From a virus: a DNA stretch of 64,000 bases. Each line of letters opens with the position of its first letter. The first letter of the stretch is position 1. This document shows positions 18,068 to 26,194 of this stretch, one piece after another. The notes under the pieces are model-generated. The model worked only from the letters and a program-made list of their open reading frames with translations. It searched no databases and had not been told where the DNA came from. Both the position numbers and the translations under genes were made by a program. The stretch lies in IMG/VR virus record IMGVR_UViG_3300049001_000029, positions 5,152 through 69,151 of that record. One strand, written 5' to 3'.

Positions 18068-18933
18068 CACTGTTCGAGCGGCACACTGCCGTCTCCGGTG
18101 TCGATGCCCTTGGACACGTTTGGCACCGGTGCGGGGTTGACATACACCGGTGCCGGGGCCTGCTCGGTGACCGTCGCCGGTGTCGAGTTCGGGACTGGCG
18201 CCGTCAACGCGGACGGGGCGGCGCAGCCGCAGGCGGCAGGCGCCTCCTGCACGGTGATGTTGTTGATTGTGGTTGGGGTTGAACAGGTGGTGTTGCTGGT
18301 TGTGCGCACGTTGTTGCCCCGCAGGTACACGTCCCGCCAATGGTCACGGTCCGCCTGCAGGGAACGCAGCTGACCGATCTGCACCGTGTTCAGCACTCGG
18401 AGGCCCCGGTACTGGGTGGCCAGCGAGTTCCACCGGTTAACCCGATCCGTGTAGTTCTGGTAGGCGGTGGTCACGGTGGTGCAGTTACCGTCGACCGTAG
18501 TGTTCGTGGTCGTGTTGCACGCCTGGTGCAGCTGGACGAACCGGGCTTGCGGGTTGGGACCGAACACAGTGCCGAACCGGTCCCGGTACACCTGGTTGCG
18601 CAGCACGAAGGTGCTGTAGTCCGGAGAGCTACACACATCGAGCTGCGGGCCGCCGTCCAGAATCACTACGTGACCGTTGAACCGATCGTTGAAGTGATTT
18701 CCTACGGGGAATCCGGGGCGGGCAGGCAGCGGGTCGCTACATGACGTCTCGGTGCCTGTGATAGTGCACGGCGGCAGCGTGCGACCCGGCAGCGTGGGGG
18801 TGCACGTAGTGGACCCGGCGGCTGGGGTACACGACGGCGGGGTTGGGTCGTGATGCCCGGCCGCGCCGGCTACACCCCCGAACCCGAAGACGCTCAGGCC
18901 GCTTATGGCCAGGGTGATGATGGTCTTACGCAT
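18064..18933 (-). CDS. Secreted protein, putative sortase F substrate
   Basis: Signal peptide MRKTIITLA...AGA; Pro/Thr-rich linkers, paired Cys; C-terminal VPNVSKGIDTGDGS. Confidence 0.65.
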   Translation of the reverse strand: MRKTIITLAISGLSVFGFGGVAGAAGHHDPTPPSCTPAAGSTTCTPTLPGRTLPPCTITGTETSCSDPLPARPGFPVGNHFNDRFNGHVVILDGGPQLDVCSSPDYSTFVLRNQVYRDRFGTVFGPNPQARFVQLHQACNTTTNTTVDGNCTTVTTAYQNYTDRVNRWNSLATQYRGLRVLNTVQIGQLRSLQADRDHWRDVYLRGNNVRTTSNTTCSTPTTINNITVQEAPAACGCAAPSALTAPVPNSTPATVTEQAPAPVYVNPAPVPNVSKGIDTGDGSVPLEQW

Positions 18934-19186
18934 GGTGGTGTCCTCCGTGGAACGGCGCGTGCGGCGCCGGGTGGTGGAAGTGGCTGAAAACGCTGTGCAG
19001 CCACACGCCGGGGTGAAACCAACTGTCCGGATGAATCGGTGCGTCGATGACGCAGTGGTGGCCGTCCCAGTGGTGATGGGGTCCGCAACCTGGGTGCGGC
19101 ACATCGGCCAGCGCGGTTCCGCTGGACAGCGCCACGCCACCCGCCACCAACGCGGCAGCACAGATTGACACAACTAGACGTCGCAT
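18926..19186 (-). CDS. Secreted His/Pro-rich peptide
   Basis: Signal peptide ending ALA; mature ~59 aa very His-rich, two Cys; AGGAGAGGA RBS. Confidence 0.65.
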   Translation of the reverse strand: MRRLVVSICAAALVAGGVALSSGTALADVPHPGCGPHHHWDGHHCVIDAPIHPDSWFHPGVWLHSVFSHFHHPAPHAPFHGGHHHA

Positions 19187-19217
19187 TGTTTCCTCTCCTG
19201 TTCTTTCGTTTCCCGGT

Positions 19218-20267
19218 TTAGCTGCCCATGCCGGCGATGATCGCCCAGCAGGTTATGGCGCTATTCACCGTCGTCCAGTAGCCGTACTTGCGGTATATGG
19301 CGGCTGCCTGCTTGTCCTCGGCTCGCACATTCGGCCCATTCATTTGCGGGTCTGACGCGTTGCGCACCGACAGCCACGGCGGGGGTGCTTCCATCGAGGA
19401 GCACACCAACCCGAGCGCGGCATCATCCATCTCCACCGCTCGCGCGGTGGGTTCATAGGCGCGTAGTCCGTAGTGGTCGGCGGCATCGTCGAACGCGAAA
19501 AAGTCAGTGGTGATGGTCTCGACGTCGGTGTCGATTGAGTCGATCACCAGGGGGGTCCGGATGGCTGTAGGGAGTTTCGCGGCGTTGGCTTTGAGCAGGG
19601 ACTTCTCGCACACGCCGAGGTACCGCTGGACATCGAAGTCGCTGAGTAGCCGCTGGCCACCGTCGGAGGTGTGGGTCGCTTGCGCCCACTTCTGAGACTT
19701 GAACTTGGTGGTGCAGTCCCACCGCAGCTTCGACGTCACAATCACATCGCCGAGCAGCGTGTCAGCACCCACCCCGCCAGCGGTGCCGGTGGTGAGTACT
19801 AGCCTCGGCCGCACCTGTTCGATCATTTGCGCCCACAGGCCGGCCATCGGCAGTCGCGGGCCGTCCGTGGACGGGTGGAAGTTGGATTTCACCAGGACCA
19901 CGGTCGTGTTGCCGATCTCCGTGCTCTGGTCACCGATTTGGCAGAGCGCCCACCGAGCGGCACATCCCTCCCGCAGCGCCGGTGCCCCCTTCCCGAGCAT
20001 CGGCTTCAGATTGGCCCAGTTGTTCTTGTAGGCCGTCCAGTCGGCGGCGGCATGGCCCGGGGTCAGGACGTCGGCCAACGCTTCACCCTCAGCGACCGTG
20101 TAGGTCACCACCAGTACATCGGCGACCGGCAACGCGTCCTGAGGCTGCGGCGCCGGCTCAAGTGGCAACCACTTAGGTGCGCCGGGATCGGCCGGCCACG
20201 GGATGGGGTCCGGTCTCAACCCGGGTACATCGTCTTTCGGGTTGTACTCGATGTTAACGGAAGTCAT
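19218..20267 (-). CDS. Nucleoside phosphorylase/MTA-SAH nucleosidase family protein (PNP_UDP_1)
   Basis: TVAE, LTTGTAGG, LLGDVIV, AVEMDDAA, VRNASD motifs. Confidence 0.75.
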   Translation of the reverse strand: MTSVNIEYNPKDDVPGLRPDPIPWPADPGAPKWLPLEPAPQPQDALPVADVLVVTYTVAEGEALADVLTPGHAAADWTAYKNNWANLKPMLGKGAPALREGCAARWALCQIGDQSTEIGNTTVVLVKSNFHPSTDGPRLPMAGLWAQMIEQVRPRLVLTTGTAGGVGADTLLGDVIVTSKLRWDCTTKFKSQKWAQATHTSDGGQRLLSDFDVQRYLGVCEKSLLKANAAKLPTAIRTPLVIDSIDTDVETITTDFFAFDDAADHYGLRAYEPTARAVEMDDAALGLVCSSMEAPPPWLSVRNASDPQMNGPNVRAEDKQAAAIYRKYGYWTTVNSAITCWAIIAGMGS

Positions 20268-20589
20268 CTATTCCCTCTTCGCCTAGGCGGCGCCGTAAAC
20301 GAACATCGGCGAACGAGTTGAGTTGCCACATGATCTGTATTCCGGAGAAGAGTATTAATGTGGCCGCCGGAAACGACCGGTGCCATGTCAACATCGCCAA
20401 ACCCAACAGCACATACAGCGTGGCCCCGGCGACACGGCACCTCGCCGTTCGCAGCAACCCGCGATGCACCATTTTCTTTTGCGGGTCTGTGGGTGGCGAT
20501 CCGAGACGCCGCCAGCCGGACACCTGCACGACAAGACTGAACAGTGACACCCCGACCAGGACTTCCGCCAACACCCGTTGGGCTATCAC
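20254..20589 (-). CDS. Membrane protein
   Basis: Three hydrophobic segments; GTGA overlap. Confidence 0.5.
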   Translation of the reverse strand: MIAQRVLAEVLVGVSLFSLVVQVSGWRRLGSPPTDPQKKMVHRGLLRTARCRVAGATLYVLLGLAMLTWHRSFPAATLILFSGIQIMWQLNSFADVRLRRRLGEEGIDDFR

Positions 20590-20933
20590 CGTGGCGGTTC
20601 TGGTGTCTGGTACCTGGGTTGTAGCTGGGAGGACAGAAACAACACTGTCCGCTCTAGCTCGCCTATGCGCTCCCGCGCTTGGTTCATCTCCCGCGCATGC
20701 TCGTCCTTCATGACCGCGATCTTCTTTTTGAACTCGTCTTCCACACCGGTCAGTTCCGCCCTCAACTGGTCGCGTTCCTTCTGCAACACAGTGGTGATGC
20801 CCTGCCACGACACGAGTTCGGTGGACGCGTTGTCCTGTTTCGTCTGGCGCCACCGCAGAAGCAAGGGGACCATCACAGGGGACAATGCGGTGACGATGAC
20901 CGCGAACACCGATGTGATCTCTACGGGGGTCAC
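20586..20933 (-). CDS. TM + coiled-coil protein
   Basis: N-terminal TM, C-terminal coiled coil. Confidence 0.6.
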   Translation of the reverse strand: MTPVEITSVFAVIVTALSPVMVPLLLRWRQTKQDNASTELVSWQGITTVLQKERDQLRAELTGVEDEFKKKIAVMKDEHAREMNQARERIGELERTVLFLSSQLQPRYQTPEPPR

Positions 20934-21361
20934 GGTGCGACTGGCAGCGTCGGCCGGTGCCCGTCGTCGATATCGACAGCGGACCTAACTAACAGAGCCA
21001 GATAAACCCCCCAAGATGCAACGTTGACGATGGTCGTACCGGAATCTGTCAGGTAGCGGATGACGAATGCACCCAGCCACACAGTGGTCAGAGCGATGGC
21101 GAACGTGTGCGCGACGATCAACAGTGTCCGTCTGCGTCTTCGCCACAAAGACAACCCCAACGTGGCGGCGGCCAGTAGGTACACGATTCCCCATATCTTT
21201 TGGTCGAGCATGTCGAGCAGCAGTCCGTAAGACGGGGTGGCGTCGTATCTCTCCGGCTGCAGTATCAGTGTCACGCCGATCGCCGCGTAGGAGATGATGA
21301 CGATTACCGTGCTGACCCACCACGCGTACGGCGGGGCGAGCCGATGCCGGTGGCTAGACAC
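20930..21361 (-). CDS. Four-TM membrane protein
   Basis: Four hydrophobic segments. Confidence 0.6.
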   Translation of the reverse strand: MSSHRHRLAPPYAWWVSTVIVIISYAAIGVTLILQPERYDATPSYGLLLDMLDQKIWGIVYLLAAATLGLSLWRRRRRTLLIVAHTFAIALTTVWLGAFVIRYLTDSGTTIVNVASWGVYLALLVRSAVDIDDGHRPTLPVAP

Positions 21362-21665
21362 TGAAGGACTCGAACGGTGAAATGTGCTGTCCCATGATCA
21401 CAATGTCGCCGTTTTGGGGTATGTGCACCCAACATGTATGCCCCGGCTGGGGAAGATGCGCCGGGGAATACGCTTGGATGTAGGAGACGGTGGGGATTTC
21501 CACGAGTGATCCCGCGAGGGTGAGGCTGCACGTTTTCGATCCGTGGTCCGCGTAGGAAATCGTCCCCTGGGTTGACATGACCGGGAACTGGCGGGGAACG
21601 CGGACCTGCATGTCACGGCGCGCCAAGATACGAGCCAGCTCGTCGATGGTGGGATCACGACGCAC
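21354..21665 (-). CDS. Minor tail protein
   Basis: AAAGGAGG RBS; short beta-rich protein after tail hub gene. Confidence 0.55.
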   Translation of the reverse strand: MRRDPTIDELARILARRDMQVRVPRQFPVMSTQGTISYADHGSKTCSLTLAGSLVEIPTVSYIQAYSPAHLPQPGHTCWVHIPQNGDIVIMGQHISPFESFSV

Positions 21666-21678
21666 AGCAGCACCTCCT

Positions 21679-23733
21679 TTAGCTTGTTGATTGCCGGTAC
21701 ACGGTGGACTGCTGCGCCTCGGCCCCCGACAGTGGCGTCGTGATGGCGTTGAGGAGGTAGTTGCCAGATGCTTTCGCTTCGGTGATGTTGACGGACACGA
21801 TGTCGCCGGGTTCCAGCGCGGCCATCGGGACATTCGTCAACACGGTGGTGTCACACGCCCCCAATACTTGCCGTAGCAGCGCATCAGCCGCTGCCTGGGC
21901 CTGCGTGGTTGTGGTGATCGCTGCCGATTGGAAGTAGTACGACTTGACCCCGTACGAACCGTGGATATAGGTGGGAGAGTTGGGGTCGTCGTCGTAGGCG
22001 ACAGCTGAGACGGGAACGCTGTTTGATGTGGATACTCCGGTGACAACTACATAGTTATAGGTTGTTTGGTCGTTCAGGGTGCGTTGCACCGATACGACGG
22101 TGGGTTTCATGCCGTCGTTGAACTCCCACACCGGTGTGCCTTTGGACGGGTCCGGGGCTGGTCGGAACGTGACCACCCCGTTGGCATCAAAGAACACTTC
22201 GTAACCGATCGCTGCGGCTAGGTCCATCGCATCTTGCCAAGGATCGTTTCCCTGAGCTGTCCCAAAGACTAGCTGTGTAGTTGTCTCGACTGTGGACGCG
22301 AAATTGTAAGTGAGTCCGGGGAATCGGTTGTCGATGATTTCCCGGATGGCGTCGGCGCGGTTTGTGTTGTAAGGAATGAAGAACACATCATTCCAGGCGT
22401 TACGTGCGACCCCAAGGGATAGGTCGGTACCGGTAATGCTGATGGAGAGACCGCCGCCGGTGTTTCCGCCTCCGGTTCCGGTGACGCCGTCCCCGCCGCC
22501 CGATGATCCTCCTGAGCCACCTGTGGTTCCTCCTGTCACGGTAATGTCGACTTCATCGATCAGGAACACACCGAGGCTGACTAGCTCGTCGTTGTATGAG
22601 TCGAACGACATGTCGGCTTTCAGCCACGCCACTTGTGGGGTCGGGTCAGTGACAGCCGCCCGCACCGCAATCACTTTCGTCAGTACGGTTTTCGCGGTCG
22701 TGTTCCCCGGCAGCAAGTTCGGGATCGCGCCGCCGTTGGTGCAGCGCTGGAAGGTGGCGCCGTTGTTGATGCTGGTGTGCACAAACACGTCCGACCCAGC
22801 CGCATAGGTAGTGGCGCTCCACGACACCTTCGACGCCGTCACCGGCAACCCGGGCAGCAGGATCGGCTGCGACAAGCTGTCCCCGTAGAGGGGGGTGAAC
22901 ACCGGGAACGCCAGGTCAACCTCGGGTGTTGCGGCATTCAGGAACGACGTGACCAAGGACTGGTTCGCCGCTGTAACCGCGTTCGCCGTGTCAACCTCGG
23001 CCGTAGCCACCGTGAGCGCGGTGGATACGTCGGGGGTAGCACCGAAGAATAAAGTGCAACCCGCCAGTGTCGTCGGGTTAGCTGCTTTACTTGTCGGAGC
23101 TGTTGTTCCGCTTCCCGTCGGGAAGGAGATTCCCGCCAGTAACGCGCCCGCATCGGTCGATAGGTTGCTGTAATTTGCCCCTGAGTTTCCTGAATCAAAA
23201 ATGGGGGTGTAGCCAGTGGGGGTGACGAGTCCCTGGGCTGCGGCGAACCCGGCGTAGATAGCGGTGCCAACAGCCGGGACTGTCATGCTACTGATGGGTG
23301 CTGTTGTATCGCCAGCTTCGTCCGCGTTGAACCCAGCGTGGAAGTTGGTACCTGAGAAACTGGCGTTGTGCTTTCTTACAGTGAAAAATATACTACCCCA
23401 GTTACTCAGCGTGTTTGTGCCAAGTGTAATAAATTCACTGAAGTCAGCTGACGTTTGGGTAAGCGGTAGCGAGATCGCCCAAATACCTATAGCATAATTA
23501 TTACCGGCTGGGGTGTATACAAAAGATCCGTTGATGGTCCACGGTCCGAATGACGCGCCAATAGTGGTAGCGTTACCAGGAGTGTCGGCCGTGAACATGG
23601 CATAAATGACACCCACACGCAGGTCACCTGGCGTAAAGTTCCCACCTACGGTTAATGGGTATCCGACGTTATTTTCAATTGAAGTGGAAATTTCGACATC
23701 GTAAAACTCTAGGGGATACGAGTAAGTGGTCAT
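21679..23733 (-). CDS. Minor tail protein carrying C-terminal part of DUF5047-like tail hub
   Basis: ELVSLGVFLIDEV...DPWQDAMDLAAAIGYEVFFDANG...YNYVVVTG...LEPGDIV; N-terminal third lower GC. Confidence 0.7.
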   Translation of the reverse strand: MTTYSYPLEFYDVEISTSIENNVGYPLTVGGNFTPGDLRVGVIYAMFTADTPGNATTIGASFGPWTINGSFVYTPAGNNYAIGIWAISLPLTQTSADFSEFITLGTNTLSNWGSIFFTVRKHNASFSGTNFHAGFNADEAGDTTAPISSMTVPAVGTAIYAGFAAAQGLVTPTGYTPIFDSGNSGANYSNLSTDAGALLAGISFPTGSGTTAPTSKAANPTTLAGCTLFFGATPDVSTALTVATAEVDTANAVTAANQSLVTSFLNAATPEVDLAFPVFTPLYGDSLSQPILLPGLPVTASKVSWSATTYAAGSDVFVHTSINNGATFQRCTNGGAIPNLLPGNTTAKTVLTKVIAVRAAVTDPTPQVAWLKADMSFDSYNDELVSLGVFLIDEVDITVTGGTTGGSGGSSGGGDGVTGTGGGNTGGGLSISITGTDLSLGVARNAWNDVFFIPYNTNRADAIREIIDNRFPGLTYNFASTVETTTQLVFGTAQGNDPWQDAMDLAAAIGYEVFFDANGVVTFRPAPDPSKGTPVWEFNDGMKPTVVSVQRTLNDQTTYNYVVVTGVSTSNSVPVSAVAYDDDPNSPTYIHGSYGVKSYYFQSAAITTTTQAQAAADALLRQVLGACDTTVLTNVPMAALEPGDIVSVNITEAKASGNYLLNAITTPLSGAEAQQSTVYRQSTS

Positions 23734-23734
23734 A

Positions 23735-24190
23735 TCAGGTCGCCGGTGCCAGACCGCCTGACGGCAGCGTAACCAGATAATCGGTGCCCTGCGTGGGGGT
23801 CGTGAGGTCGCAATGGATAAGCGGCAGGATTCCGCTGTCCAGGGTTGACGACGTGGGCTTGTAGCAGACGAGGAATTTCGTCATGGTGTTGTTCAATGTT
23901 CCGCCTGCCGCTGACCAGGTGGGGTTACCGAATGCCAAGGTCTGGGAGAACGTCGTCGTCGAGGTCGTGATCGTGATACCTGTGGTTACTGTCTTGCGCG
24001 CGTAGTTGGTAAAGGTAGCCTCGGTGTAGAGGGACAGGATTGCGGCAAGCGTCGGCTGGTTTCGCAGGGTGTTGTCGACGACTGTCGTGGTGTTGTTCAG
24101 CAGTACCAGCAGCAACGCATCTGTGCCGATCGGCAACATGGCCTTTTCGATGAAACGGCCCTTGGCGCTCGTGAATACCTGAGTTGCCAC
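23735..24190 (-). CDS. Phage structural protein
   Basis: VFTSAKGR...EATFTNYARK...WSAAGG motif. Confidence 0.6.
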   Translation of the reverse strand: MATQVFTSAKGRFIEKAMLPIGTDALLLVLLNNTTTVVDNTLRNQPTLAAILSLYTEATFTNYARKTVTTGITITTSTTTFSQTLAFGNPTWSAAGGTLNNTMTKFLVCYKPTSSTLDSGILPLIHCDLTTPTQGTDYLVTLPSGGLAPAT

Positions 24191-24571
24191 TTAACTTACT
24201 CCGTAGGCTAGAACAAGATTCCCGGTGGCCGGATCAACCGTCATGCCCTGATTCGTGCGCTGCGCCCACGTGGCCGGACTGTTGTCGTAGTCCTCAACAA
24301 GCTGCACACCGGGGATGCGCACACCCAGGAACAACTGCAGCTGGGTCCCGAACAGCAGGCTGGTTGCGTCTTCCGGGGTGTATTTCCCTGTGGGGTCGGC
24401 GATGCTGATGGTGCATTGCCTCAGGTTCGCCGCTGTCCGGTCGGCTGTGACCTCTCCATCGAAAACGGGGAGTATCGCCACGACTTTCCCGTCTTTAATG
24501 ACATTGACCAGCGCGACGGACTGGTGAGAGGTTTGGACAGCTGTCTGATAAGCATCAGAGGTGGGGAGCAT
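24191..24571 (-). CDS. N-terminal part of DUF5047-like tail hub
   Basis: LPVFDGEVTADRTAANLRQCTISIADP...LFGTQLQLFLGV. Confidence 0.65.
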   Translation of the reverse strand: MLPTSDAYQTAVQTSHQSVALVNVIKDGKVVAILPVFDGEVTADRTAANLRQCTISIADPTGKYTPEDATSLLFGTQLQLFLGVRIPGVQLVEDYDNSPATWAQRTNQGMTVDPATGNLVLAYGVS

Positions 24572-24580
24572 TCATTCCTC

Positions 24581-26194
24581 CTATGATGTGACAGGCGGAG
24601 GGTCCACCTCGGTATAAGAGATTGTCATCTTCCGATATTTCGGCTTGGATGCGTTGAAGTCCATTTCCCACGTGTACGACTCGTCCGAGCCCACCGCGCC
24701 CGGCCCAAATAGCAGGTAGTGGTACTCTCCCGTTGGGTATTTCAGCAGCAGAACGTGCCCGGAGCCGTCCAACGCGAGAAACGCGGCGTAGTAGTCGGCT
24801 GGCTGGTTCTTGTGGAAAATCACCGTGAACGTGCCCTCAAGCCCATACTGCGGGCCGTTCACAACGATCTTGTTAACGAACAGCTCACCGGAGATCGGTT
24901 CGTATGTGCCCTGCACCCTGCGGCGCGTTACCGCGTCCCCCTGATACGTGATGGGGAAAACAGTGGTGAGCAGCGGGTTCAACGGGTCTATCAGGATGAA
25001 ATCACCAGTGCCGGTCGGTGTCGCCGACAACACCGACGAATACGCGGACGCCGCGAAATACAGAGACCCGGTCATCCCGTAGGCCAACACCCGGTACTGC
25101 GACACCAACCCGATTGGGGCTTCCAGGTCATACACGGTCTGCACACCACCGGTGGCCGTCAGGAACAGGCCACCGCGAACAGGACACCACGTTTGCGCCA
25201 AATCCCGTGACACCTGTACCGCATACGCCGCCGTGACCGGAGAGGAGCCGCCGGGCTGGAAGTCGAGCTTCACCCAATGGTTCGTCGGGTCGTAGTTGGC
25301 ATCCAACAAGGTAGCTACGGGAGCTCCGGCGATGGACTGGGTCCATGAGCCGGATGCGACACCAGACGGGAACGTGGTGGCACCGCCCCAGGACTGCTGT
25401 ACCTGCACATAGGCGTACCAGGTGCCGTTGACGATGTCGGAGGCCAACGTCCACAGCTGCGCCTCGCCGAGAATCCAGCCACCAGTGGACTGTTCTGGAG
25501 TCGATACGAACGGCACGAACCCGACAGCCACTACTTGGGCGGCCGTGTAGACAGCCACCTGGTAGGCGGACTGCGGATTCGAGTCGGGACTCGCATAGGT
25601 CCACTGCACTGTGGGGCGACACGTCGTTGTAATAGTGCCTGTGGGCGCGGTGACAGTGACCGTGGACTGCTGGTCATACACCACATCCAAATAGACTTCG
25701 GACACCCGCAGCGGGGTACCCGTCTGGTCTATCTTCCCGAACTCGTAGTAGAGGGTGGCGAACGACGCGAGTGTCCACGCATTCCCGTTGGGGTCGGTTG
25801 TGGTCGCCGGCAGGTCTTCCTCAACCCACTGGGTGATGGGTTGAACTGGGCACCACGATCCGAAGAAAAACCGGATGATCGCAAAGATGATCGCGGTGAT
25901 GGCCGCCAGCGGTCCGTTGCAGCGGAACCAGTGGCAGCATTGGACATGGAAGCCCACCACCGTTTGGATCCGGCGACGCACACCCACTGAATAGATTTGC
26001 GCTCCGGATGGGATGGACGGTGTCCCGAACGACACCGCCATCACATCGACCGGCAGCCGGCAGGTGGGGACCGCCTGCACGTAGGAGGCGTCGGAGTTGT
26101 CCGACAACGCCTGCCACGCGCTCGCGGCCCCCACCACCGACCACACGCCAGCCTGACCAGTCGCGGTGGGACGCATGGTAATAGTTGTGGTCAT
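24581..26194 (-). CDS. Minor tail protein (distal-tail position)
   Basis: Directly after tape measure (ATGA overlap); DLEAPIG...YRV motif. Confidence 0.65.
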   Translation of the reverse strand: MTTTITMRPTATGQAGVWSVVGAASAWQALSDNSDASYVQAVPTCRLPVDVMAVSFGTPSIPSGAQIYSVGVRRRIQTVVGFHVQCCHWFRCNGPLAAITAIIFAIIRFFFGSWCPVQPITQWVEEDLPATTTDPNGNAWTLASFATLYYEFGKIDQTGTPLRVSEVYLDVVYDQQSTVTVTAPTGTITTTCRPTVQWTYASPDSNPQSAYQVAVYTAAQVVAVGFVPFVSTPEQSTGGWILGEAQLWTLASDIVNGTWYAYVQVQQSWGGATTFPSGVASGSWTQSIAGAPVATLLDANYDPTNHWVKLDFQPGGSSPVTAAYAVQVSRDLAQTWCPVRGGLFLTATGGVQTVYDLEAPIGLVSQYRVLAYGMTGSLYFAASAYSSVLSATPTGTGDFILIDPLNPLLTTVFPITYQGDAVTRRRVQGTYEPISGELFVNKIVVNGPQYGLEGTFTVIFHKNQPADYYAAFLALDGSGHVLLLKYPTGEYHYLLFGPGAVGSDESYTWEMDFNASKPKYRKMTISYTEVDPPPVTS

